Positions 39,871 through 50,205 of a stretch of DNA of 64,000 nt are shown piece after piece; positions within the stretch are counted from its first letter, which is position 1, and every line of letters begins with the position of its first letter. Origin of the DNA: a virus (Duplodnaviria > Heunggongvirae > Uroviricota > Caudoviricetes); the IMG/VR virus record IMGVR_UViG_2526164662_000021, positions 1-64,000 of that record, one strand, 5' to 3'. The position numbers and the translations under genes were made by a program. The notes under the pieces were generated by a model. That model was not told the DNA's origin, did no database searches, and was given only the letters and a program-made list of their open reading frames with translations.

Positions 39871-40752
39871 TCAGCGTCCTGAATCGGTATACCCCCATAC
39901 AAAACCAGGTTGGACACTAAGGTCTGATAGCTTTTCAATCCCCACCTGTGGAATGAAGTCGGTAGCCCGAAAGGGCACCCACAGACGGGTATACGCACCC
40001 TCTGTGGACTCCTTTGTATCCTGGTTTGGGCATTTGTGCGGCGGGAGACGAAGACGCATTTCGCCTTTATCGATGTAGCACGGTAAACCATGTTCGAGCT
40101 TTTCATGAGCCAGCCGGATGTGTGCCGCCAGCTTCATAAATTCAGTATCAATGGCCATCCGTTTGATCGTTTCATAACGACGCTCAGCCTGCTCTTCACG
40201 AGTACCGCTAACATCGTTATAAAGTTCACACTGATAAGCGAATTCCCAAAAACGCAAATCAACGATCGCTTCTTTGAATTCCGCGTCGTCTTCAGGTGGC
40301 AATGCTGCACGGCGCATCTCCAGCATTTCCATTGCCCAACCATCAAGCGGCACGATACGCCATTGATAAGGCACGCCCTCTACAGACACCTCAATATCGT
40401 CAATGAAAGGTTCCACTTCCAGGACCTGGATATCTTCAGCCAGAGCATTCATATCGCAATCGTAATAATGCTCTTTACCGCAATGTTTACAGGTGTAGGT
40501 GAATGTCTCGACCGGTGTTTCACGGGAGCCAGTAAATATCCACCATAACGCGGTAATCCGGTCCTGCGCCGTCCATGTCAGGGGATCATATTTCGCGGGT
40601 TCAGCCAGCAAGGCTTTTAAATACGCCGTTGTCTGTTGTTCTTGTTCCTCCGGTGTTATCGAGTTGAAACGCATCGCATCAGCAATATTTGGCTGACGGA
40701 ACTGGATCAATTCAGTTGGCCGCGATGGTAGCGGGAAAAGAGGTAAAAGCAT
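39871..40752 (-). CDS. Putative morphogenetic protein (P1 pmgB position)
   Basis: 293-aa ORF; synteny. Confidence 0.4.
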   Translation of the reverse strand: MLLPLFPLPSRPTELIQFRQPNIADAMRFNSITPEEQEQQTTAYLKALLAEPAKYDPLTWTAQDRITALWWIFTGSRETPVETFTYTCKHCGKEHYYDCDMNALAEDIQVLEVEPFIDDIEVSVEGVPYQWRIVPLDGWAMEMLEMRRAALPPEDDAEFKEAIVDLRFWEFAYQCELYNDVSGTREEQAERRYETIKRMAIDTEFMKLAAHIRLAHEKLEHGLPCYIDKGEMRLRLPPHKCPNQDTKESTEGAYTRLWVPFRATDFIPQVGIEKLSDLSVQPGFVWGYTDSGR

Positions 40753-40766
40753 CCTTGCTCCTTAAT

Positions 40767-41378
40767 TCAAAGAGAAAAACTAAAGCCCAGAAGGGAAGCT
40801 AAAGAACTTGAGGATTGGTTAAACGTGCTGTGCAATGCGAAGGTCATTGGGAATGACTTAAATTCCGTAACCTGATCCCGCGCATAGGTGACATCGCCGG
40901 TAGTGACCGGGAATACCGTCATCTCATTTTCCAGTTTGGTTAAACCGGAGGACAGCAACCGATAAATACGCACATTGAGCAAATATTTAGACGGTATATT
41001 CCCGGTACCGTCCGGATTGATCACCCGACCTTTTGCCGTCTTAAACCAGTCCAAAACGAGGCCATCAACGGTATCCCTGACCATCATTGTTATCTGCCCA
41101 GGCGAACGCTCCGTTGGCTGAAGGATATTCCCTCCGCCGATTTTAATCGTTTCATATTCGATGCTGTAATCGTGGTAGGTAATGTCTTTAGCAAAGAAGT
41201 CTGCCCCCTCCAGACCATCAACTTCGACAGAGAACTGCCATCCTTGCGCGAACAGCATTTTGTTCATGATGATTGACGTCAGCTTACCAACTTCCCGCTC
41301 ACCAACGCCGGAGCCAAATAATGTCGTCGTTAATGCCGAAGATACATAAGACTTTACTGAAGCAACATTAAGCCCCAT
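40767..41378 (-). CDS. Phage structural protein (203 aa)
   Basis: Synteny with the P1 tail gene block; no motif recognised. Confidence 0.4.
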   Translation of the reverse strand: MGLNVASVKSYVSSALTTTLFGSGVGEREVGKLTSIIMNKMLFAQGWQFSVEVDGLEGADFFAKDITYHDYSIEYETIKIGGGNILQPTERSPGQITMMVRDTVDGLVLDWFKTAKGRVINPDGTGNIPSKYLLNVRIYRLLSSGLTKLENEMTVFPVTTGDVTYARDQVTEFKSFPMTFALHSTFNQSSSSLASLLGFSFSL

Positions 41379-41388
41379 ATCAGCCCCC

Positions 41389-41979
<591 letters not shown>

Positions 41980-42109
41980 TTAACCGATTCTACGAGTAGT
42001 CATTTGTTCATTGAGTAGGAATATTGTTGTCTGGGGGGTAATCAGTGTAGGTGGAATGAGGGATATGATATGGTTATCACATAATCAGGTTGTTTTGAGT
42101 AAAACAATA

Positions 42110-42136
42110 AAACGCCCTTTAATGGGCGTTTTTTTA
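42110..42136. terminator. Bidirectional intrinsic terminator downstream of simC
   Basis: ACGCCC-tttaat-GGGCGT flanked by A and T runs. Confidence 0.6.
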
Positions 42137-42164
42137 AAACTTAAATTGACTATCCTTTCAAATA

Positions 42165-42959
42165 CTATTTTAATTCTATGTAATTTTTAAATTCTCCCTC
42201 ATATTTATACATGATGCTATCAAATCCTTCCATTACATCAACGAATTGTTGTGAACATTCCGGCTTCCAAGGCGTACACTTACGAACCATATCCATTTTT
42301 TTCTTATCCTTCGTTGTATCGACTAAGGATAGGTACCCTATAAAATTCATCATCTGAACAGGATCTTGATTTGTGAATATATATTTGACGTTTTGCTTAG
42401 TAGGCGAAAAAGAATCAAAAGCAGGGAACATATATTCACCAGAAAAAGAGAGTGCAGCATCAATGACGTCTGTTGCAGGAGTGCAGTTGCTCAGAATTGG
42501 CACTAAGCTAAAATTAGCACCTGAGCACACTGCATATATATCATCCCCTTTTTTTAGTTTTAACAGAGAGTCTTGCTTTGAATCCAATATTTTCAATTTG
42601 ATATAATTTAGTGGCGTTGCATTTTCCCCTGGAGTAAATAACTCTACAATTGGTTTATTATTCACCATTCTTATGGATTTTATTTCACCATACACAATTG
42701 GAATTGTGTTCCATTTTTCCTGAGCAGCAAATTCATTATCTTTAAAATCATTAACCAACTCAGATGGCAAATGATAACCAAATTGATTGTTCATTGCTTT
42801 CGAAGCAAATCCAGACAAATAGAATGCCCTTACTAAATCATAATCTTTCTTTGAGGTAGAAAGCCAATCTGGCAATTTATTATCAGCTATCGCGCTTCCA
42901 GCAAAAATAGCACAAAAAAATGTTATTACATTAAACAATTTCATTTTCCATTCACTCAT
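42165..42959 (-). CDS. simC: Secreted protein, SimC-like (superinfection exclusion locus)
   Basis: Signal peptide MKLFNVITFFCAIFAGSAIA; AT-rich; position between pmgC and immI as P1 sim; start uncertain (42959 or 42944). Confidence 0.5.
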   Translation of the reverse strand: MSEWKMKLFNVITFFCAIFAGSAIADNKLPDWLSTSKKDYDLVRAFYLSGFASKAMNNQFGYHLPSELVNDFKDNEFAAQEKWNTIPIVYGEIKSIRMVNNKPIVELFTPGENATPLNYIKLKILDSKQDSLLKLKKGDDIYAVCSGANFSLVPILSNCTPATDVIDAALSFSGEYMFPAFDSFSPTKQNVKYIFTNQDPVQMMNFIGYLSLVDTTKDKKKMDMVRKCTPWKPECSQQFVDVMEGFDSIMYKYEGEFKNYIELK

Positions 42960-43287
42960 TAATCGGTTTAAACTCACTAATTAATTCACCAAGACTATTT
43001 GGGTATGCTTTATAAATAACATACTCCGAAGAGCCATCTGAATATTGGTAAACCCCATAACAGACCAGTTTATTTATTCCTTTATGAATAGTTTTTTGAT
43101 TATAAGAATCAACCACTGTTATTCCATATGACGATAATATTTCGTTATATTCTTCAATAAGAGCTTTTCTTGTTTCCACTGAATTACAATCTACCTTCGA
43201 AAAGTCAACTTCATCAGCAAAAACATTAAATGTTAAAAAGGAAAGCACTAAAAACAAACGAATCAGCATAAATCCACTCCTACGCAT
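42952..43287 (-). CDS. Small secreted protein, SimB-like
   Basis: 111 aa with signal peptide MLIRLFLVLSFLTFNVFA. Confidence 0.45.
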   Translation of the reverse strand: MRRSGFMLIRLFLVLSFLTFNVFADEVDFSKVDCNSVETRKALIEEYNEILSSYGITVVDSYNQKTIHKGINKLVCYGVYQYSDGSSEYVIYKAYPNSLGELISEFKPINE

Positions 43288-43290
43288 GGA

Positions 43291-43422
43291 TTAATAGTCA
43301 TTGATCGCAAAGGCGTAAACTTGCCAAAGGTATTTCGTATAATCGGTACAAATCTCCTTTACGCTTGATGCTGCATTAACAGTCCCAGCCATAAATAATA
43401 ACGATAGTAATAGTTTTCTCAT
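43291..43422 (-). CDS. 43-aa secreted peptide, SimA-like
   Basis: Hand-translated MRKLLLSLLFMAGTVNAASSVKEICTDYTKYLWQVYAFAINDY; below the ORF-track size cutoff. Confidence 0.3.
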   Translation of the reverse strand: MRKLLLSLLFMAGTVNAASSVKEICTDYTKYLWQVYAFAINDY

Positions 43423-43518
43423 TATAACCTCACCTGCCTTATAACCCATTTAGGGTACATATTTTCGCCTTTAAAAAAAAGAGGTTATTAGATCCAATTG
43501 TGTATTTATTAAGCAGAT

Positions 43519-43535
43519 AATGCTCTAATAAATTT
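43519..43535 (+). promoter_or_regulatory. C1 repressor operator (AATGCTCTAATAAATTT) at the immI promoter
   Basis: Near-perfect consensus match upstream of the c4-icd-ant operon. Confidence 0.7.
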
Positions 43536-43689
43536 GTATTTTTAAGTCACGAATGCTATCTTTTCGCATCATATTGACCTTTTAATCGTTCAGGCTTATA
43601 GTTCCGCCGTCGTAGCAAATTCTGCGACCGGGTTTAGCAGCCTGAATGATTGTGCGGACAGCCGCAGATATCCGATATTGCGGTATTTT

Positions 43690-43795
43690 TGTGTCCGTAA
43701 AACCGCGTTACGCCCAAATTATGGTGGGGCGTGATGGGGAGGCTTCGGCCTGCTGGTTTCACAATCGCCAGTCTGCTAACCCCGTCACGTCCTGC
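43690..43795 (+). ncRNA. c4: Candidate c4 antisense immunity RNA region
   Basis: Lies between the operator and icd; contains CCTGCTGG and CTGCTAA, complementary to GTAGCAGG and TTAGCAG at 43800-43819 just upstream of the icd RBS; exact ends not determined. Confidence 0.4.
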
Positions 43796-43849
43796 CACCT
43801 GTTTAGCAGCGGGTAGCAGGTTGTTAAACCTGATTGTGAGGCCGTAACT

Positions 43850-44071
43850 ATGGTTAATGCCAATCCTTGCGCACGCCCAGAATTCATCTGGCGTTTCTAT
43901 TCCTGTAAAAAACACCACTATCACTTCGTTATCGCAGCAACTGAAGACGAAGCACGCTCTCAATTGCCTGATGGCCCCTGCATTTTTACTGCCCGTTTTT
44001 CAACTAACTCGCGCAATTCACTTAGTTACTGGAGCCTCCCCTTCTCTGCCGACGTTCAGGGGGGTTTATGA
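43850..44071 (+). CDS. icd: Icd-like cell-division inhibitor
   Basis: 73-aa ORF whose stop overlaps the ant1 start (ATGA). Confidence 0.55.
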   Translation: MVNANPCARPEFIWRFYSCKKHHYHFVIAATEDEARSQLPDGPCIFTARFSTNSRNSLSYWSLPFSADVQGGL

Positions 44072-45111
44072 AAAAACCTCTCGTCACCCGTAATGACATA
44101 GCCGAAGCGATCGCCCTGCATACTGCCTGTATACCGACACGGGAGATCCCCGGCGCAATTGCCAACTATTTCATGATAACCAGGCGTTTTTATACCCGAA
44201 CAGATAAGGCTGTGATCAACAGGCTACTGATAGCCGAGATCAGGGATTATTTGATTGAACAAGGACGTCTACGTTACGCAACGGTGGCAGCAGAAATGAG
44301 AAAGGAGGCACATAGAATGACCAGTAATAATTTGAATGTTAAAAAACCAGCACCTGTTGCTTCAGCAACGCCAGCACCAGCCGTGAATGTCATCCCCACC
44401 ACCGGAGACACAATCGACAGCCTGACACTGTTAAAGATGGTCAATGAAGCGCGTAAGTTATGTGGGGAACCAGAGGTTCGGAACAACAAATTCATCGAAA
44501 AAATACTCGACGAATTAGAAGGTGAGGACGGTTACACAAAAAGTGCAACCGTGCCGCCAGGTGGCGGTACGCCTATGGTTGTCATAACCATGACCTACAA
44601 ACAAGCCCTGCGAGTCGCCGCGCGCGAATCGAAAGCGGTCCGCCGTTCGCTGATCGACAAACTGGAAGAATTGCAGCAGGCAAACTCCCCTACCCCATCG
44701 ATCCCCCAAACATTACCAGAAGCCCTACGCCTGGCTGCCGAGTTGGCAGAACAGAAATTGCAGCTGGAACAACAGCTGGTGGCCGCAGCCCCTAAAGTCG
44801 ATTTTGCCGACCGGGTATCAGTGGCTAATGGAATCCTGATCGGGAACTTTGCAAAGGTCGTTGGACTTAAGCAAAACGCCCTTTTCTCATGGTTGCGCCA
44901 GAACGGCATTCTCATGGCTTTTGGTGCGCGCAAAAACGTACCGCGCCAGCAGTACATTAACGCCGGGTATTTCACGGTGAAAGAAGTGGTGCTGGATGAT
45001 GAAAATGGCTACCAGATACGGCTGACGCCCCAATTAACGGGTAAAGGCCAGCAGTGGTTAACTCGCAAGCTACTTGATGCTGGTTTGTTAAAACCAGTAG
45101 CAATAGGTTAA
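44068..45111 (+). CDS. ant1: Antirepressor Ant1 (Ant2 expected from an in-frame internal start)
   Basis: 347 aa; C-terminal half homologous to the KilA C-terminal half (LPEALRLAA(E/D)LAEQK...GKGQQWL). Confidence 0.8.
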   Translation: MKKPLVTRNDIAEAIALHTACIPTREIPGAIANYFMITRRFYTRTDKAVINRLLIAEIRDYLIEQGRLRYATVAAEMRKEAHRMTSNNLNVKKPAPVASATPAPAVNVIPTTGDTIDSLTLLKMVNEARKLCGEPEVRNNKFIEKILDELEGEDGYTKSATVPPGGGTPMVVITMTYKQALRVAARESKAVRRSLIDKLEELQQANSPTPSIPQTLPEALRLAAELAEQKLQLEQQLVAAAPKVDFADRVSVANGILIGNFAKVVGLKQNALFSWLRQNGILMAFGARKNVPRQQYINAGYFTVKEVVLDDENGYQIRLTPQLTGKGQQWLTRKLLDAGLLKPVAIG

Positions 45112-45188
45112 CAAAAGAAAAAACCTGCCAGCAAACTGGCAGGTTTCTGAGCAGATCGACCAACCCGATCTGGATCGAGTCAGAAAAA

Positions 45189-45205
45189 TTTGCTCTAATA
45201 AATTT
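45189..45205 (+). promoter_or_regulatory. C1 repressor operator (TTTGCTCTAATAAATTT) upstream of kilA
   Basis: Consensus match 70 bp upstream of kilA. Confidence 0.7.
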
Positions 45206-45274
45206 CGTTTTCTAAGTGCAAAGAATCACCATTCCGAGCTGGTGATTGAAGGTTGATGCAAATTTGGAGAAAAA

Positions 45275-46075
45275 ATGCAACAAACATTCAATGCGGATAT
45301 GAATATATCAAACCTTCATCAAAATGTCGATCCTTCAACCACTCTGCCTGTTATTTGTGGTGTTGAAATTACGACCGACCGCGCTGGCCGTTACAACCTT
45401 AATGCTCTACACAGAGCGAGCGGACTCGGTGCCCATAAAGCGCCAGCTCAATGGCTAAGAACGCTGTCAGCCAAACAGCTCATCGAAGAGCTTGAAAAAG
45501 AAACTATGCAGAATTGCATAGTTTCGTTCGAAGGCCGTGGCGGCGGCACTTTTGCCCATGAATTGCTCGCTGTGGAGTACGCAGGCTGGATTTCTCCCGC
45601 GTTTCGGCTGAAGGTAAACCAGACATTTATCGACTATCGAGCCGGAAGATTACAACCTGCTATTCCGCAGAGTCTCCCTGAAGCTCTCCGTTTGGCTGCC
45701 GACCTGGCAGAGCAAAAGCAACGGCTGGAGCAAAAAATGCTTATGGATGCACCTAAAGTCGAATTCGCCGAACGCGTTGCTACCGCCAGCGGGGTTCTAA
45801 TCGGCAACTATGCCAAAGTGCTCGGCCTGGGCCAAAACTATCTCTTCACCTGGTTGCGTGATAACGGAATTCTGATCGCAACCGGTGAACGCAGGAACGT
45901 CCCCAAACAAGAATACATATCCCGTGGGTATTTCACCCTTAAAGAAACCGTGATCGATACAAGCAATGGAAGCAGGATTTCTTTCACGACTCGTATAACC
46001 GGCAAAGGTCAGCAGTGGCTTATGAAGCGATTGCTTGATGCTGGTGTGCTGGTGCCTGTCGCGGCGACGCGCTAA
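45275..46075 (+). CDS. kilA: KilA-like protein
   Basis: 266 aa; C-terminal domain shared with Ant; synteny before repL. Confidence 0.7.
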   Translation: MQQTFNADMNISNLHQNVDPSTTLPVICGVEITTDRAGRYNLNALHRASGLGAHKAPAQWLRTLSAKQLIEELEKETMQNCIVSFEGRGGGTFAHELLAVEYAGWISPAFRLKVNQTFIDYRAGRLQPAIPQSLPEALRLAADLAEQKQRLEQKMLMDAPKVEFAERVATASGVLIGNYAKVLGLGQNYLFTWLRDNGILIATGERRNVPKQEYISRGYFTLKETVIDTSNGSRISFTTRITGKGQQWLMKRLLDAGVLVPVAATR

Positions 46076-46104
46076 CAGACGTAGTAAGAACCACCAGCAT
46101 TGTA

Positions 46105-46950
46105 ATGCTGGCTAAAGTCACTTTCCTGAGCTGTATAACGATGAGCGATTTTACTTTTTCTGGCTATGAATTGGCCTGCTTTGTAACACACTCCGGTCTA
46201 TCCCGTAGCGCCGGGCATATCCTGTCGCAATGTGCAAATCTCGCGGCAACAACCAGTGAATACTTCATTCACAAGCCTCACCGCCTGCTCGCGGCAGAAA
46301 CTGGTTATAGCCAATCAACCGTCGTTCGTGCATTCCGTGAAGCTGTAAACAAAGGAATCCTGTCTGTAGAGATTGTTATCGGCGATCACCGTGAACGTCG
46401 CGCTAACCTGTACCGGTTTACACCATCCTTTTTGGCCTTCGCACAACAAGCCAAAAATGCGCTGATTGAAAGCAAATTAAAGATCTCTTCAGCGGCAACC
46501 AAGGTTAAAGCTGTTCTCGCTAAGACATTGGCTTTATTTAATTTTTTATCCACACCCCCATGTCAAAATGATACCCCCTCCCCCTGTCAGGATGACGTGG
46601 CAATAAAGAATAAGAAGTCACAAGTTAAAAAAACAAAAAGATCAGTTTCCGGCGGTGCCGGAACGACCAGACTCAAAAAATTGACTTCATGGATCGCTGA
46701 GGCAAAAGCAAAGGCTGACAATCTGCGGTTATCCAAAAAACGCGCTCAAAAACATGAGTTCAAGCAGAAAGTAGAGGCGGCAGCGCGGAAATATGCTTAC
46801 CTGAAGGACAAGCGTTCTCCTGATATTGGCGGGATATCAAACTTCGATAATCTGCCGCATTGCATGACGGTAAACGAAGCTCTTAATGCGGTTTTAGCCA
46901 AAAATAAAGATAACGAACAATGGGGTATACCGGCAGGATTCAGAGGGTGA
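46105..46950 (+). CDS. repL: RepL lytic replication initiator
   Basis: 281-aa ORF after kilA; size and position match P1 repL. Confidence 0.7.
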   Translation: MLAKVTFLSCITMSDFTFSGYELACFVTHSGLSRSAGHILSQCANLAATTSEYFIHKPHRLLAAETGYSQSTVVRAFREAVNKGILSVEIVIGDHRERRANLYRFTPSFLAFAQQAKNALIESKLKISSAATKVKAVLAKTLALFNFLSTPPCQNDTPSPCQDDVAIKNKKSQVKKTKRSVSGGAGTTRLKKLTSWIAEAKAKADNLRLSKKRAQKHEFKQKVEAAARKYAYLKDKRSPDIGGISNFDNLPHCMTVNEALNAVLAKNKDNEQWGIPAGFRG

Positions 46951-46953
46951 TAG

Positions 46954-46970
46954 ATTGCTCTAATCTGGAG
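46954..46970 (+). promoter_or_regulatory. Weak C1 operator-like half match (ATTGCTCTAATCTGGAG)
   Basis: First 11 nt match the consensus, remainder diverges. Confidence 0.3.
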
Positions 46971-47212
46971 TCACCTGGCGTTTTCAGTTTGAGGTCGGAG
47001 ATGCAATCTGATTTTTTACAGTTAGCGATCGCTTTTGCAGGGCATCTTTGAGACATATCCATATATAAAAACCCAAAGCCAGATCAAAACTTGTACTGAT
47101 AAAAACACAGCTAACCATCACAACTTGTAACGTTTATAATGAGTAAAAGAGTGATACATTGCTACTTTTACATATTTTTGACTCAATTCATGGATAGTAA
47201 TGGAGATGCATA

Positions 47213-48268
47213 ATGACTTATGCTGGCACACAAACAGCAGATAACGCCGGGGATACCATGAAATCGTATGCTATTTGGAATAATAAAGGTGGCGTAGGAA
47301 AGACCTACTTATCTTTCGCTATGGCCTGTGAATACGCAAGGCAAAATCCAGAAAAGCGTATTATTTTTGCAGATATGTGTCCGCAGGCTAACTTATCTGA
47401 AATATTGCTCGGCGGTAACGGTACTGGTGCTGCTAACCTCGCGAGCTTAATTCAACAACGAAAAACTGTCGGTGGGTACTTTGACAGAAGAACTCGCAGC
47501 CCCCACATGCTTACCGGTTCAGAAACAAGTTTCTTAATTCATGTCTCTGAAATTAACGGGCATGTCCCTGACAATGTATTTTTGATTGCAGGCGACCCAA
47601 GCCTGGAAGTTCAGGCGCAAGTAATCAATCAGTTAAGCAGCGTAAACTTACCAGTTGACTCATGGAAAAGCATCCACCTGTGGCTACGAGATTTGCTTGT
47701 TGCATGTGCACAACAACAAGGTATCGAAGAAACCATTTGCTTTATTGATTGCAACCCCAGTTTCTCTGCCTATACCGAACTATCACTGATAGCAGCAAAT
47801 GCAATTATAATACCTTGCTCAAGTGATGGTTCTTCGGCTCGAGCAGTGGATAACCTAAGCCAGTTGGTTTATGGCGTTGGAGTACAAAACGATTATCGTT
47901 CTGTTAACTTTTACGATCGGTGTCAACAGTTTGGTCTAGCGGTTCCTGTCATTCATTCTCTAGTTTTTAATCGTTCGACAGAGTATGACAAACGAGCAAG
48001 TAAAGCGTTTTCGGCAATGTTCGACGAAATCAGGGATAGAGCTGAAAATCTGCGGACGAATAAACCAACAGCGTTCCAAGGCGGAAATTTAAAAACGTTT
48101 ACTGTGCCAGATAACCATTCCGTAGCTATAGTATCTTCCCATCTAGGAAGACCTCTATTTGATATAAAACCCGGCAGATATCAGATCCATGACACTGAGC
48201 CACAAATCAATAATGAACCATTAGAAAGATATGGTGCAGCAATTGAACGTCTTGTTCAGAGTTTATAG
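47213..48268 (+). CDS. ParA/MinD-like P-loop ATPase (orphan)
   Basis: Deviant Walker A KGGVGKT near N-terminus; ATG with GGAGA RBS; no ParB or centromere adjacent. Confidence 0.7.
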   Translation: MTYAGTQTADNAGDTMKSYAIWNNKGGVGKTYLSFAMACEYARQNPEKRIIFADMCPQANLSEILLGGNGTGAANLASLIQQRKTVGGYFDRRTRSPHMLTGSETSFLIHVSEINGHVPDNVFLIAGDPSLEVQAQVINQLSSVNLPVDSWKSIHLWLRDLLVACAQQQGIEETICFIDCNPSFSAYTELSLIAANAIIIPCSSDGSSARAVDNLSQLVYGVGVQNDYRSVNFYDRCQQFGLAVPVIHSLVFNRSTEYDKRASKAFSAMFDEIRDRAENLRTNKPTAFQGGNLKTFTVPDNHSVAIVSSHLGRPLFDIKPGRYQIHDTEPQINNEPLERYGAAIERLVQSL

Positions 48269-48298
48269 TGGCTTATCTCAGTCATAATGGCTGAAAAA

Positions 48299-48328
48299 AG
48301 GCTGCAACAGAGGTTGCAGCCTTTTTTA
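48299..48328. terminator. Bidirectional intrinsic terminator
   Basis: AGGCTGCAAC-agag-GTTGCAGCCT flanked by A6 and T6. Confidence 0.65.
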
Positions 48329-48338
48329 TAAAATTACA

Positions 48339-48626
48339 TTAACAGATTGGTAGCGATAGTAAATTATTATTCCATCGATTGTCTGCATACGTTCTAATAA
48401 ACTGCCTTCCACCATTACCAGGATTAACGACCCCAACTTCTACACGATTACCTGCATTATCTGTTACATAGAATGTATGGAGATTATTATCAATAGCATT
48501 AATCACCTGCTCAACAGTCCATTTCCCATTGCCAGTATTAAATTGAGGACTTCCCACATGAGTAATATGCTCATGGATTGATTGCGAGCCGGAGAGGGTA
48601 ATGCAAGTAATGCGTACATCAGCCAT
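48339..48626 (-). CDS. DUF3892-like small protein
   Basis: 95 aa from ATG 48626 with AAGGAAG RBS; MADVRITCI...HITHVG...NNLLSLP pattern recalled for DUF3892. Confidence 0.5.
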   Translation of the reverse strand: MADVRITCITLSGSQSIHEHITHVGSPQFNTGNGKWTVEQVINAIDNNLHTFYVTDNAGNRVEVGVVNPGNGGRQFIRTYADNRWNNNLLSLPIC

Positions 48627-48916
48627 ATATACTTCCTTTATTCTATAGATTATAGGAATTGTGCCGCCTAAAAAACAAACAGCACAATAACAATAAAGAA
48701 ACATACACACAACAAAAACTAACGCTATTTATTGATAGATTTGCCTGATGAATACTAGCTCTCTTTGCTACCTAGCACTCAAACAAATAACAGAAGAAAG
48801 CCCCAGATAACATTACGCGTCCGGCAAGACGCTTAACATTAATCTGAGGCCACATCTATGCTTAGCATACGTAGATTAACCCTCTCCCCTTTTAAGGGGT
48901 AAGGAATTTTTTACTG

Positions 48917-49513
48917 CTATGCCGCCTTTCCAGTTATGGATTCAGCGACCAGAACAACCCCATGCTTACTTCGATCTGGGTGTTCACTCCATATCTCGGA
49001 TTCAGGAATACTTACCCCGTCATAGCAAACACGTTCGCCGTCAAACGGGTAATACTGAGCGGCATCGGTGTCGAGGATAAACACTTTTAGCTCGGAAGAG
49101 CGACGGGCGATGTGTTGCCAAAGAGCTTTTCCACCTTCGTATTGCTCATTATCACTGAGCAAAACAACACCAGCTTTTGAGGCTACGGTTTCGTAAACAA
49201 AAGTAGCTAAACCTACATCCCGGACAGTTCCATCAACCACAATACCTTCAATCTGGGCAACATCGCTATCCTCCCAAAACTTCCTTACCAGTACGCCTTC
49301 AAGCTGCGGACGACGTTGAAGTTCAAGAGTAGCGACAACCTTATGGCGCATATCACCATCGATAACAGAAGGCGCAGCCTCTATTACAGCTGCAAATGGG
49401 GTTTTGGAATCCCATATAACCTGGTAAAGCACACCCTGGATGGTAACTCCGTCCAGGATCGAAAATCGACGAGCGACAGTACCCGGGGAGTACGACATTG
49501 GAATCACAGCCAT
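48917..49513 (-). CDS. Hypothetical protein (198 aa)
   Basis: ATG at 49513 with AAAGGGGGA RBS; no motif recognised. Confidence 0.45.
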   Translation of the reverse strand: MAVIPMSYSPGTVARRFSILDGVTIQGVLYQVIWDSKTPFAAVIEAAPSVIDGDMRHKVVATLELQRRPQLEGVLVRKFWEDSDVAQIEGIVVDGTVRDVGLATFVYETVASKAGVVLLSDNEQYEGGKALWQHIARRSSELKVFILDTDAAQYYPFDGERVCYDGVSIPESEIWSEHPDRSKHGVVLVAESITGKAA

Positions 49514-49641
49514 TTTAGAGTCCCCCTTTAACAGTACAGGCACAAACATCTACCTCAATAATTGTAGTTTATTAGAACATTAATAATCTAACATAAAACT
49601 CCAGACAATGTTATCGATGCATTTTTATATAAAATAGTTAT

Positions 49642-49663
49642 AAAAAAAGCTCCCGTAGGAGCT
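49642..49663 (-). terminator. Intrinsic terminator (minus strand)
   Basis: AGCTCC-cgta-GGAGCT with T7 following on the minus strand. Confidence 0.55.
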
Positions 49664-49684
49664 TTAAAATACAAGGGATGACTC

Positions 49685-50194
49685 TTAATCCCAATCAATC
49701 CAGTTGTAGACGATACGAAGTGACGGGCGCACAGCGGCAGTCACATCTTCGGTACTAAAGTCGATTGCATCACTGTAGATTTTGCAGTCCAACATTTCAA
49801 TTGTTGTAGCAGCTTTTGTCACAGCGTTAACCCCGGAAGATTTGGATTCAGGGGTCGCAGCCATCGTGATATCAACATAGTCCTTCGCCGCAATGCGATC
49901 CTTAATGAACTGAAGAATATCACCTTCGATAGTCTCCACGCACTGGACCTGGATTTCCCCAGAGTTTCGAATTGGACCGTGCTGGTTGAACTTCACACCA
50001 TTCGGACCATAGTCCTCCACATCCTCGCGGGTCATTTCAGGGATTTGCGACGTGCGAACCAGTACGCTGATATCTTCATGGCCAGCAAAAGTGAGCTGGA
50101 ATTCAGAAGATACCAGTCGTTCACCTTTGGCCGCGTTGGCAGTATAGCGGCCCTTAATAAATTTACGGTTTCCCTTAGTGTTATTGTGCCCCAT
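49685..50194 (-). CDS. Phage structural protein (169 aa)
   Basis: Part of the late block upstream of sheath/capsid genes; synteny. Confidence 0.45.
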   Translation of the reverse strand: MGHNNTKGNRKFIKGRYTANAAKGERLVSSEFQLTFAGHEDISVLVRTSQIPEMTREDVEDYGPNGVKFNQHGPIRNSGEIQVQCVETIEGDILQFIKDRIAAKDYVDITMAATPESKSSGVNAVTKAATTIEMLDCKIYSDAIDFSTEDVTAAVRPSLRIVYNWIDWD

Positions 50195-50205
50195 ATAAAA
50201 TCCTT

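Noticed and set aside
47213-48268. Second plasmid partition locus
   Set aside because: ParA-like ATPase has no ParB or centromere repeats nearby; the true parAB-parS is at 55.1-57.4 kb
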